64,000 nt of DNA. It comes from Balanoglossus misakiensis (taxonomy: Eukaryota > Animalia > Hemichordata). This document shows, in pieces, positions 40,501 to 57,860 of the stretch. Position numbers and translations under genes: made by a program. How positions within the stretch are numbered: position 1 is the stretch's first letter; every line of letters starts with the position of its first letter. The DNA is taken from assembly GCA_040954595.2 (NCBI GenBank), contig CM082578.2, forward strand, positions 6,619,519 through 6,683,518, written 5' to 3'. Under the pieces are notes generated by a model that saw nothing but the letters and a program-made list of their open reading frames with translations, ran no database searches and was not told the DNA's origin.

Positions 40501-43500
40501 CTGTAATGAATTTGCATTTGCTCCAGGTATTTTTGAAATGTTATTACGTTTTTGTTCAAAAGCAAGAATTTTACATTCTTCAAGAACACCAAATGTTCAC
40601 ATTTGCCTGCTGAAATACAGCCATAAATAATATTTCCATTTGTTTAAAAAATAGTACACTGCAAAGATCTTGTGGTCAGAAAAACTCAGGGTTACCAAAA
40701 GGCTTATAATTATATTTTGAAAAATGCTATTATGAGTCTGAAGCCTATTAAGCAATTTTTTTTTATTTCATTCTATGCAAACTTTCAGAAGAAGGAATTG
40801 AAAAATTACATGGAGATTGGAGAATTAAAGGATTTGAAGCTTGACGAAAACGGCAAGATTGGTTATACTTACAAATGTCTAGGTGCAGCGTTTTGGGCTC
40901 TGCGACAAGATGATTTCAGAAAAGCTCTAACTGATATAGTCAGAGAGGTAAGCATTGCTTTGATTTCTGTGCAGACAAAGGAGTCCTCCTTGTCCTGCAT
41001 TTGCACTAACTGGCTTGGATGTTTTATGAGTATCACCCCAAGTACACCCCCCACCCCCCCACCAGGCAGGACTTTGCATAGGATATGGCTCATTATTTAC
41101 CGAGTCAGATTATAACCCTTTTGCATCCTGACACTCTGGTGTGACACATTTGACAAATTTGCTTCTGTGTCGACGTTCAAACGGTTGATATATTGAATCT
41201 GCTTGATCATATTATCCACTCTGGTAAAATTACAGGCAGGGGATGCAGACACCAATGGAGCTGTTGCTGGCGCACTACTGGGATGCAAACTAGGATATAA
41301 CAATTTGCCTCCATCCTGGAGAGATGAGCTTCTCCATAGAAAATGGCTGCAACTCAAAATAGAGAAGTACGTTTTGGGATGCTACTCAGATTTCACATTT
41401 CAGCAATGTAGTCTTGCAGCATAATTTGATAGGCTGGATTTTCTAAAATACACATTTATAATGATGTGAGTACCTAGGCAATAATAGACTAGTGTATTAT
41501 TGATACTATTATTGTTTACTAAAACTAGTGTGTGCCCATGAAGTAAACTGTCTTGTATTGCTGATCATCAACGCATACCCAGTCAGATCGCACGGTGCTC
41601 ATTTGCATATGAAAGTTCGTCAAGCCAGCGACCGTTAATTTTCAAACAGACGGCAATAGGCCAGTTTTCAAGGTGATTTTCAACTTGATTTTTACACTCC
41701 GTGGTACAATAAAATACCATGCTAGCTCGATAAATTTCGAAAGTGATTCCTATTTTGCACTGCAGACGTAAATTTTATGAGAATCTGTCGGTAATAGTAG
41801 TAGTTTTTAGCGTGTTTTCGGTGGTATGTTGGTGACCTCGGAAGAGACGTCCACAAACGTGCCAAAAAACATTTGAAGACGACCTCGGAAGTTAACCAAG
41901 TTTTCGTGACAGATAGGTCTAATATCGGTCCCAACATCCGTGAAAAGAAATTAACTCGAAATGCTTGTGTAACGGTCAGCTTAAAAATAATCGATGTAGT
42001 TCGACGATATGACCCGGAAGTATAGGCCCTACGTTGACCTCTCCATGTTAGGCTTGTAAATACGGAAGTGTTGCGTTGCTCGTGAAACGACACGTTTATC
42101 GTGGGGAAAACAGTTTCTAAAAGACACTTGTCAAGTAAAAGTTACTGGATAGTGTATAACACTCTAAGGTAACATATCAGCCAAGTTTTAACTTAATTAC
42201 TGGCCTGATTTCGACACAACATCGATCAATCGCACGAGTGCCGCGCCCGGGTGCTCCACACCGTTCGCCTACATTGGGCTACAAACAAATATTTGATTAC
42301 CAATGCACAGAATGCCAGGTTTACCGTTCGTGAGGAGCTCAGCTGACGTATTTTGTATATATTTTTTTCTCCGCATCGTGGGATATAAGTAGACTTTTCG
42401 AAAATGCCAAGTGTAACTTTGAAACCACTTCCCTTTATTCGCCGATGATATATGCAATAAATACAACATTTGTGTCTGAAGGCGAGCGATTTGTCATCAT
42501 TGCATTGGGTCGATAAATAATAATAATAGTAATTTATTTATTAAACAGTGTTCAAAATACTACTACAAAATACAGGATAAAGAGTTAAAAATACAACAAA
42601 ATACAGAATAAATTGTCAACTCAGACAGCTAAAATAAAACAGTCAACTGCAACACCACCACCACAAAAATCAGTCTTCATCAATCTGAAAGAACAATAAA
42701 ATTAAAAAAAGTGAGTTTCCTTGACGGGCAAACCTTCATAAAATAATTGTTAGGGTTTAGTAAAACTCGGGATTACATATCAGCAATCAAAATTTCTTCG
42801 CACGAGAGAGGAGGGAAAACTACGCAGCTGGTAAAACCCAGGATCAAACCTGCGCCAGCGTATATACGTACACATGCATGCTGTCTTCTCCCGCCATTTT
42901 GCAGAAGAAGTGGCGCTCACGGGTTGAAAAGTAAACAAAATGGCGCTCACAGGTTGAAAGGTAAACAAAATTGAACTGGTCATATCGTCACTATCAAAGC
43001 TTGGAAGTGAATGAAAACTCAAAGAGAGGGAGTTTGATGTCTATATTTTGATAAAAGTTTGAAATTTCGTGGTAAAATCCATGTGTAACGGTCAGCTTAA
43101 AAATAATCGAGAGGATGTCAACGCTATGTGTTTTTTCACAGTCGTCAGAAATTTCGTGATTACAAAGAAACTACTCGACAGAAGTTGCCAAAAAATCATT
43201 CAGTAACAATCCAGTATACCTACCTTCAAGTGAATCCACGGTTTTGTCTTAAAATAATCCACATCGCCTGAAAACAGCTCTATAATATCGAGTAAAAAAA
43301 TGGCCTATTTCGCGACCCTTCAGCGGGGCCCACTCTAACGGCTACATGGTTTGAAGTACTTTCTTCATTTGCATATGTTAATGAATGCCGTGCGATCTGA
43401 CTGTACCAGTACACAGAAATATGAAGATGCTGACACTGACTGTGTCTACTGTGTAATGCGAAGTAAGGCAAAAAAGTTTTAATTCACAGAAATGTTTAAA

Positions 43501-43646
43501 TTCACAGGTTTTGTGAGCTCTCGTTTCCAGAGTTTCTTCAACATTTGCCATGGGCTGAAGATGAAATGGATGCAGGCAAAACAAAAAAGAAAAAACCCCC
43601 AAAGTTACCTGTCCTCAATTATTTTGTGATAATTCCAGGTAATTAA
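34529..43646 (+). CDS. ADP-ribosylglycohydrolase (ARH/DraG/crystallin-J1 superfamily) protein, 8 exons, ~385 aa, with degenerate N-terminal metal-binding motifs
   Basis: Exons: 34529-34666, 35341-35499, 35911-36054, 36790-36944, 37349-37481, 40789-40947, 41236-41366, 43508-43646 (1158 nt, open). Motifs: DRILGTIFGNCVGNAIGLLTEF, GDWTGDSDQM, APNGAVMR, THADPRC, GDADTNGAVAGALLGCKLG..LPPSW. The last exon is inferred from phase and acceptor only. Confidence 0.88.
36216..36600. mobile_element. 385-bp MITE with ~125-bp TIRs and 9-bp TSD (Mutator- or AcademH-like)
   Basis: TAGTCTAGAATCTATCCGTTCGTAGTCGCC... / ...GGCGACTACGAACGGATAGATTCTAGACTA. Perfect TSD TGTGTGATG at 36207-36215 and 36601-36609. Confidence 0.92.
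37629..40370. mobile_element. Two non-autonomous Helentron (HINE/DINE-1-like) elements in ARH intron 5; the second (39061-~40316) is nested in the first
   Basis: Each starts ATTAAAGCTGCAAGCAGC (short hairpin) plus subTIR GGGCCCAAGC. Internal tandem subrepeats (AAAATCCAATATGGCCGCC..., GGTCAAAGGTCA) and (GAAA)n tracts. Two terminal hairpins AGGGCCCAAGCGC...GCGCTTGGGCCCT at ~40285-40314 and ~40337-40368. Confidence 0.8.
41580..43403. mobile_element. 1.8-kb non-autonomous DNA transposon with 16-bp TIRs and 4-bp TSD in the last ARH intron
   Basis: CAGTCAGATCGCACGG ... CCGTGCGATCTGACTG; TACC on both sides (41576-41579, 43404-43407). No transposase ORF seen; superfamily uncertain. Confidence 0.8.
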
Positions 43647-44440
43647 ATGGCAATTTACATCCAGTTCATTCACATGGTGGCACATGGTAAGTTTCTCCAA
43701 AACATGTCGAAGGTGCATGTACTTAACTTTTTTGATAAAATTATTGTACATGTAAGACACATAATGTAGACAAAAAATGCATACCTCGAAAGTGACTGAG
43801 ATGTCAAGTACTCTATAGTTTAGAATCCAGACACAAGTTTTTTCTGGATTCTAGACTAAGTACTCAATAGCAGAGTGAATGTAACATGCAGATAGGGGCT
43901 GTTTAGACACTTGGTAATTTCACTGCATGCCAACACACGCTGTGGGAACCAAGTGAATACAAAGTGACAAAAGTTCTGACAGGAAGCAAGGTTCTTAGAC
44001 AATACCTTAATTAAACATGCCATGATGTGATAACTGCAATTGCTATACCATAGTAAGTATTTGTTGACTGTACAGACAGTAGTATATACATGTTACATCA
44101 TGAAACTAGCAAATATTTGTTTTGCAGGTCAATCTGATATCTCAGTGAGATCAGACATCAGATCAATTATAAAAGTGATTTTTTTTTTTAATGAAAAATG
44201 CTACAGGCATGAAAAAAATGCTCTTCACATACATTCCTATACACCAACTTGAGATGCATGTGAATTGCGGCGCTGCAACAGATTACTAGTAACTTTATGC
44301 AGATCATGACGGATTACAAAGTACCTGCCAAAGCAATTTTAACAAACATAGAAAAAGAAGTAGCAATATGACAAATCACAGTCACTCCACACACCAATCT
44401 CAACTTACACCAAGTTTTAAAGATACGTTCAAATCTGCTT
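43592..44440 (+). repeat. ~850-bp direct repeat, copy 2 (ARH C-terminal codons and 3' UTR)
   Basis: Colinear match to 33387-34240, including the mini-MITE and the minus-strand GTAAGT donor. Confidence 0.93.
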
Positions 44441-45188
44441 ACGTGTACGAGTTCGTAGTCGACCCCAGATAACAATGATCAGGAAACATATATCAATGAA
44501 ATATTAATACAATGGCCCATACTATTCGCAATGGGGCGGAACAGATTATTTCGTGTAAAGAGGGGTTATTTAAACAACTTGCCTGGTTGTTATAACAGCG
44601 CAGAATTTGATTTTCAGGGCGGAAATAAAGCAATTCCTCGTGTGGCAGGCGAACTTTGTCCAGTTTACGTGCGGATATTTCGTAAAAAGTGTGTGATTTG
44701 GAGTTGATAGCAAAACCGCGACCCCTACACCACAGCGCAGATGGCACAACCCTTCGTGGTCTGTTCAGTGATTTCGCAGGGAAGGTGTTTACGTATTTGC
44801 TCATAAGCATACAATGGTATAACCCCCTTCAGTAAAGCGTACGCACAAACAAGTTTGTTTGCAACCTCCTAAAACGACCTAATGCCACACGCGTTTAAAA
44901 TACAAGTCTATTTCGGCGCCGTGGGTCATATACATCGCCAAAATACCCATGACACGATAAAGAGCCACGAAATTACACCTACAATACTCACGTCACACTC
45001 GATGATCACGGTCGACAACCCCTCCTCCAGTACGCTACCAGCAAACTCAGCCCAGATAGTTTAGCCACATGTACACGTAACGTCCGGTGCAACTAACACC
45101 GTTAGTATTTTATTGCTCGTCGTTAGAGTACACGCCCCCTCCCACTCATTGGCTGTTCGCTCAATAGCACTGTGGGCCGTCAATATTA

Positions 45189-45996
45189 GGGCCTGGTCAG
45201 AATTAACAGGGGGGGGGAGGCCGGTGCGATTCAAAATCCGCATGCATGAAAAATACTGACCCTCCACCGATTTCTTGCACAAAAAATGCTGACCCTCCCC
45301 CTTCTCCATGAACAAAATCAAGTGACCCTCCCCACAATATCCGATGATTCATTCTGATTTGTACAATCAGATATTACTCAGTCAAACCAGGCAAAGTTCA
45401 CATGTGTACAGAAAATTGTAGACCACTATTAAATACACCTCAGTTAATAGTTATTTGCTTGTTTCCTCCAAAGTGTGACATTTGCAGTACATGAATACTT
45501 TGATTCCTATGGCTTTTAAATATTGATTTTGAAATTTTCACTCTAATTCCTCAACATACTTTTCCTAGATAAATACAGTTATATGTACTTCATATCATTG
45601 TTAGTATCTAAAACAGAAAAAGTTATTAAATGGACAACCTCGATGATACAAATCATGGAGAATTGTGGGTAAAATATCGTACTGTGCTCCCCTTCCCTTA
45701 AGAAGTTAGGGTTAGGGTTAGGGTTAGGGTACATGTGTATGTTTTGTGAGTTGTGTGATGTATTTGTAGTACAAGGGATGTCAATACATCCATACAGGAG
45801 TGCCTATATGAGCGCAAATCTCTTTTCAGGATTTCTCTGTAACACTTCAAATTTTTGACATTTTCGGTGTCATCCTTGCACAACAATTAGTGACCCGCGC
45901 CCAAAATGTAGCGGCCCTCCCCCAAACCGTTGCATGAGAAATGGTGACCCTCCCCCAATCGCACCGGCCCTCCCCCCGTTAATTCTGACCAGGCCC
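45189..45996. mobile_element. PIF/Harbinger-like MITE
   Basis: TIRs GGGCCTGGTCAGAATTAAC..G-run..GGCCGGTGCGATT / AATCGCACCGGCCC...GTTAATTCTGACCAGGCCC; TSD TTA on both sides. Confidence 0.88.
45706..45729 (+). repeat. Interstitial (TTAGGG)4
   Basis: Four perfect TTAGGG units inside the Harbinger-like MITE. Confidence 0.85.
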
Positions 45997-46073
45997 TTAC
46001 TACAGACTATACGTTACTTTTATCGTATATACTATAAATTCGTGGTTTGGGTTGGGGTGGGGGTACAAGGGTG

Positions 46074-46411
46074 GGGGCAAAGTCTCTCTCTCTCGCTGTC
46101 CCTTTTTCATTTGATACAAGACACCGTTTATATGTTATTCTACATATGGATATATAGTGAATCAACGTTCAACCACACACAACTTTCATCTCGATTGTAG
46201 GATATGAGAGTAAAAATCTCGCCAAAATAAATAAATAGTAGAGACACATTATTCATTTTGGCGAGTTTTTACACCCTCGTGTCTACAAGCGGGGTGGAAG
46301 TTGTGTGTGGTTGAACGTTGATTCAATATCCACATGTAGAATAACATAACCAGTGTCTTGTTTCAAGCATTATTAATGGGAAAAGGGCAGCAAGAGAGAG
46401 ACTTTGTCCCT
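46074..46411. mobile_element. Fold-back (palindromic) MITE, Kolobok-like right end
   Basis: ~155-bp imperfect inverted arms (GGGCAAAGTCTCTCTC...GAATCAACGTTCAACCACACACAACTT / AAGTTGTGTGTGGTTGAACGTTGATTC...GAGAGAGACTTTGTCCC), followed by TTTAA. Confidence 0.75.
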
Positions 46412-46558
46412 TTAATATTTTAAAACTTTTTTCCATGTAAACTTTCCTAAAGACGCAAAACAAACATTTAGAGAGCTTTCCATTGATATACTACTATAGC
46501 TCTTTGGGCAATAAAAGGCATTTGTAGGCCTTGTCTGGAACCCTACAAGCTACCATAA

Positions 46559-47127
46559 GGCTGCATTCACAAACACCTCTGGAGGGGGGGGGCGGGAGAA
46601 TTCAATTTTTTTTACCGCTAATTTTCACATGCCCCCCTTCCGAACTGCCAATATTTTCAAATCCCCCCCTTCCGAACTGCCAAAATTTTGAAACCCCCCC
46701 CCATTGTCTTTCACAGAGCAAAACACATCACCTATCTATCTTGTAAAAAGAAAAACAGCGCTCCCATGAAAAGAATTTGAAACTGATGTTTCCCCTCATC
46801 AGTGGGTATTAAAACTGAACATTGTTTTTATTTTTTAAGTACATATATTTGTATTCTGTGTTGGGAGACTTTGTAAACCGAGAATTGAAGGGGGTGGGTT
46901 TGGGAGGGGGTGTCCCCCTCCCACGTAAGAAAATTTTGTAAAATAAAGGGCGCGAAACTGCATTTTTGTGGACTCAAAATAAATATTTAGTCGTTAAAGT
47001 TTTCAAGTCCCCCCCTTTCAGTCCCTAAATTATTTCAAATCCCCCCCTCACATACCCTCAATTTTTTCAAATCCCCCCCCCCTCAATTCTCCTGCCCCCC
47101 CCTCCAGAGGTGTTTGTGAATGCAGCC
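46559..47127. mobile_element. PIF/Harbinger-like MITE
   Basis: TIRs GGCTGCATTCACAAACACCTCTGGAGGGGG / CCCCCTCCAGAGGTGTTTGTGAATGCAGCC; TSD TAA on both sides. Confidence 0.9.
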
Positions 47128-47938
47128 TAACTGTACATTTTAGAATTGTGTTTTAATTACTTCAGTACACTATTTTTTTCTCATCTACCTTGCAATTTTT
47201 ATATAAAAGTCAAGTGTTCCTTGCGTTTGGAAGAGTTGTTTACTGCTCTCTCTCTGCTCAAGTCAAGTTGTCTGACTGTGTTACTCTGTGTGCGATTCTG
47301 ATTACTGCCCCATGGCCATTAGTACATGGCCATGATCAGTTCTGGTTGATAAAGGTCCTGGTTTATGCATTCATTACTTGAAAGTTATTTGAACATCGCT
47401 TTAAAAGTCGAACTTCGAAAGTCCATTCACGAAAAGTGGTATTAAAGTTGTAATGGTATTAACCAAACTTGCCTTCAGATTAACGGGTCAAAGATCGTTC
47501 ACGGGTAAAAGGTCATATCTTTTGAGGCGAAATCTCGTGTTGAACGAAATCATAAATCCGCGAGATTTGGTTAAACTACTCAAACACGGGAAAGAAAACT
47601 TGGTTTGTATATAAGTTTCGCATAGTATTTTCTAGTTTTCGGTGAAAATAAGGCTAGCTGTGGATGTAAATTAAACGCTGTGACGTTAAACATGATTTAT
47701 TGGTTCATTGTTTTAGTGTACATGTATTTGGCCCATGCCCCCTGCTATGAATGGAACCTACCATGTCTACTTCCGTGTTCAGCATTTCAGTGTCTCCGAA
47801 GCGGAAAGCTCCTTTCGTTTGGCTAAATTGCGTATTTTGGAGTCGTTGAATTGTTCTGATTTCGACTAAACCCGTCGCACCATTTTCTCCTTTCTCTGGT
47901 ACTTCTTTCGATCAGGCTCTCTGGACCCTGAGTCGACC

Positions 47939-53782
<5,844 letters not shown>

Positions 53783-56700
53783 TAAACCTATCTTGACTCT
53801 CCACCTTAGTTGAAATAACATAGTAGGTACATGTATTTGCTGAATGTAATGTTAGCTAGCTGTATGTATGTGTTATATTACCCATAGTTACTTTTCATTA
53901 GTACAGATTCATCTCCCGTTTACATTTATCCATTTATTGTTCATATCATTAAAACTAAAAGGGATGCATTCCACAGCTGTGGTGGCGCTCTTCATTTAAC
54001 ATGATCCTTAACCCTTTCACCTCCATGGTTCAGTCCGAACCCATTGTTTTCTGTGGTAAGGTCTGAGGGAACTGGGGGTGAAAGGGTTAAAGTGAAAATG
54101 TATAATTCACAAGACCTCCAGTATACATAGGATCTGTGGCTAGATTTATACAGGTGTCAGACATTGCTGTCCTCTGCAAGTGTAACGATTCATTTGTCCA
54201 AAATGGACATGTTGTGTAATTAGGCATAAAAAACATGTCAGCTCTAATTCAAAGGGTCAAAGGTCAAAATAGAAGCATGTGGTCGTTGCATGGCATTGAC
54301 TGGCTGTATACAGGCCAATCGCAAAGTCCAAAACCCAAGGGAAGCAAGTGTTACCTCCAAGGACCTCATATTCCTTGGCAAACATTGTTCAAAGTCCATC
54401 ACCAGAATCTTTGCTGGCCAAGCTGTGGTATGTGTATTTCAGCCAGGGATCTCCTGTGACGTGTCAGGAACTAGTCATATGCTATTGCCTGTACAGCTGG
54501 TCAGTGTTTGCATGTTAATTGTTCCACAGTGAAAACTGTGCTATGTGTCAGTCCATGTCCTAACAAACGACATCATGGGGTGCGTAAAATTAAATGGTGA
54601 TGGGTTTATAAGAAAGAAGGAATTCCACTGCAGGCAATGAGCGATTTGTTTCTGGGTGTTCGTAATGAAGCATGTGTGTAGAAATGCAATGCTTGTATGA
54701 ATGGAGTAAGATACTGCATGATATGATGTATGATGTGTCTTGCATGTCTGGTCATAGAGTTCAGCTATACGCAAAACATGATGCTACAAAATAATTTTCA
54801 TGCAGATGAGGGGCTTTGACAGGATACTGTCATCCTCTGTGTGGGCATCCATGGTCTTTTTGTGCTTGTGGTGTTGCAGTATAGAGGCCTGAAGAAGCAG
54901 GACGTGATTCGAACTGGATGTTGATTTGAGAGTGCTGCTGTAGTCACATTACCAAATTCAGTGGCTACCATCTGGCAGACACGTCTCCAAGGGAACCATA
55001 TTTTCATTTCTGGTGCTAACATACGAAAAACTGCATGTGTGAACTATTTTTTTTTGGTGAACAGTACACACACAGACAGCGCTGCTTCTCACGAAATCTT
55101 TCGAGTTTTTAATGTATCTCTGAGTAATATTCTTCATTTTTTTTGCAGAACGCGTATATCAGGTGGTGATGGGTTTCACAGACGTTGAAATGGAGTCTCA
55201 ATAGCGGCGACAGCAGATTGGCAGTACGGTGGCTCTTTTGGTGAAATGATGACGTGAACTGCCTCTTGCAATCTTTTGTATATAAGTGTAATATAAGTTA
55301 TAGGCTATTTTTCAGCTCAGTGTTTTCTTTGTATTCGAGTAAAATTCACACCAAGTTTTAGCCAGTCGGTCACTTCTCAAGCACAAACACAGGGTGAGAA
55401 GGTCTCTGGTTTTTATGTCATCAGTATTTCTGTGTTGTCATGTCGAGTGAAAAGTGTCAAAATTGATTTTTGACTGGCAGAGAAAAAAAAGAAATCTTTT
55501 TCATTTGGGATGTCAGTCTTTCTACTGTTTATTATGCTTTGCCTTTGCGTTTAATAGTTGTGTGGAAAAAATGCAAATACCGGTATTATTCAACACCGGC
55601 CATGTTCATCTTTTATGTCATCAGGGGTGAGTTTGGAACGATAGGTTTGCTTCCAAAATTCCTGGAGTCCATGAGTCTTTTGCTTCTAGGATGGTACATG
55701 TACCTCAACCGTAACTGGTGGGTTGGAAATGTGTGTGTTTGTTTGAGGGGAAAGTCCAGGAGGCATGTGAGATTTACTGCACCATCCACAGCATGTAACC
55801 TACTGCTGTCTTTCTGATAATTTTGGGACTTGAGTGTACGATAAATTATTCCTGTTTACAACTAAACATCTGATTCAGCATCCTCTTAAGTATTATGCAA
55901 GCTGACTACTTCGCAGAGAGTGATGTGGTAACTGTGTTTATTCATAAGTTTTATTTTTAAGACTCAGGTGGATGGGATAGAATATTTTCATTATTTGCCA
56001 AATCGAGGTCGGTCACAATTACTTCATCACCTGGCTGGGTCGCAGCTGACAAAAAAAAATGTGCAAATTTTGAATTTTTGTGCGTCATAAAAATGTCTGG
56101 TACATCCAAATTACAATCTAGATCCATTTAGAGTTTGCTTTGGGCATAAGTTGTGATCACCGATGCTTGTAGATACAGTTCAGATAATCACCCTTTTCAG
56201 TTTCCGACAAAATATCACAAATCATCAGGAGGTAAATTTTCACAATGTAAGATTTTAATATGCACTTGATTTTGATCAAGCCACTGTAAACGCAAAGGAC
56301 TTTCTGCTTGTTCTTCGTTGTGAAATATTAGTCATCTTCAAAGAGCTCTCTTTCTTCCATTTTATGGCATATCACACATTTTGTAAACTAGATTGTTGTC
56401 TCACATCTGTGTTCTATAAAAAGCTACAAAAATCTTGCGCAGATTTGATGCTGCAGACGAGTTCAGATTCTTGGCACATTTTGCTTACAATGTAAGAAAT
56501 CACTGCTTTTGTAATGAAGGCATCAGCAGTGTACTGCGCATGGGTTGGTTATTTTAGTGAAACTTTTTATGCACTTATAAAACAAATCAAACAAGACTTG
56601 CTTCAGAAATTATTGCCAATGGTACAACCATCAGTAGTGTGAATCTTGTTCTGGAAATTCACTTTAATTATAACTGACTTAGATTGCATGAATATGAATA

Positions 56701-57548
56701 TGGGCAGTTCTAGCCCCATGACTTTTCTGAAGATTTGAATTGAACAGTTTCTGTCGATACATTTTAAGCCCATTGTCCCTTTACCGGTATATAGGTACTG
56801 CTGTTTTTTCCGAGGGATGTGAATGGATGATGAAATGTGTAACAAATGATTATTGTGGTCAGTAAAATTTCCCATTTGCATTTAACTAAGCAGGCATATT
56901 CACCTTGAACCGTATAGAACATGAAATTCAATATTTTGATGTCTCTGTGAATCTCTCTATGATGTTAGTATGTATGGACCCAATTTCATATACCGGTAGG
57001 AAGGAAAGGCTTCACTTTAAGTCTCCTACCTGGGACAGTAAGAGGGCACCAAATTGTGGGTCAACTCTATTGTCACCTGTTGTCAGGCTGGACATGGAGG
57101 GGAATGGGGATGGACGGGTGTAAAAAAAATCTTGGACCATGGTCCACGTTGGATATTGCAATTAGCAAAGTTAATCTACCTACACAAAATCTTTATTTGG
57201 TTCTAAATTGACTCAAGCCTTGATTTGGTTATGACCAATATAGTGTAGAAGCTAGTGTGTAGTATCTAAAAATCTAGTAAAAAAATCCCCATATTTCCTC
57301 AGGCTTGAGAGGATTTCCCTATATAAGAAATTAAATTTTACCAGACCACTTTCGCATGTGTGTGTTGTACAGATTTAAAGAAATCTGGTCAATTTTTTCA
57401 TTAAAAATTTATAATCGACCAAAAAAATATTTGTAGTCTGCATTTATAATATTGCATGAATTTACTGTGTGTGTAGATGCAATTGCAGTATCCATATACA
57501 ATTTATGTGTGTAACTGTTTGCATGTCTGTCTGCTTTGTGTATTAAAG

Positions 57549-57860
57549 TCAGACCACCTAGTCATGTAATCTTTAGTGTCTCAGTTCCAGACCACCTAGA
57601 CATGTAATCTTTAGTGTCTCAGTTCCAGACCACCTAGACATGTAATCTTTAGTGTCTCAGTTCCAGACCACCTAGACAAGTAATCTTTAGTGTTTTGTTT
57701 CCATGCAGACCACCTAGACATGTGATCTTTAGTATGTAACTTAGGGACCCCTTAATTAGTCATGTAATATTTAGTGTCTCGGTTCTAGACCACCTAGACA
57801 TGTAATCTTTAGTATGTAACTTACAGACCACTTAATAATTAGTCCTGTAATCTTTAGTGA
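57549..57860. repeat. ~38-bp minisatellite (~8 degenerate units) between p38 and PBRM1
   Basis: Unit AGACCACCTAGACATGTAATCTTTAGTGTCTCAGTTCC repeated head-to-tail. Confidence 0.9.

Noticed and set aside
41367-41424. ARH stop by read-through into the intron (KYVLGCY...)
   Set aside because: AA|GTACGT is a good donor and a phase-compatible exon exists at 43508. The read-through end remains possible but is less favoured.
34529-43646. Selenoprotein J (an ARH-family selenoprotein)
   Set aside because: The reconstructed frame has no in-frame TGA, and I could not identify a SECIS element.
57549-57860. CRISPR-like array
   Set aside because: Units abut with no unique spacers, there are no cas genes, and the context is eukaryotic; it is a minisatellite.
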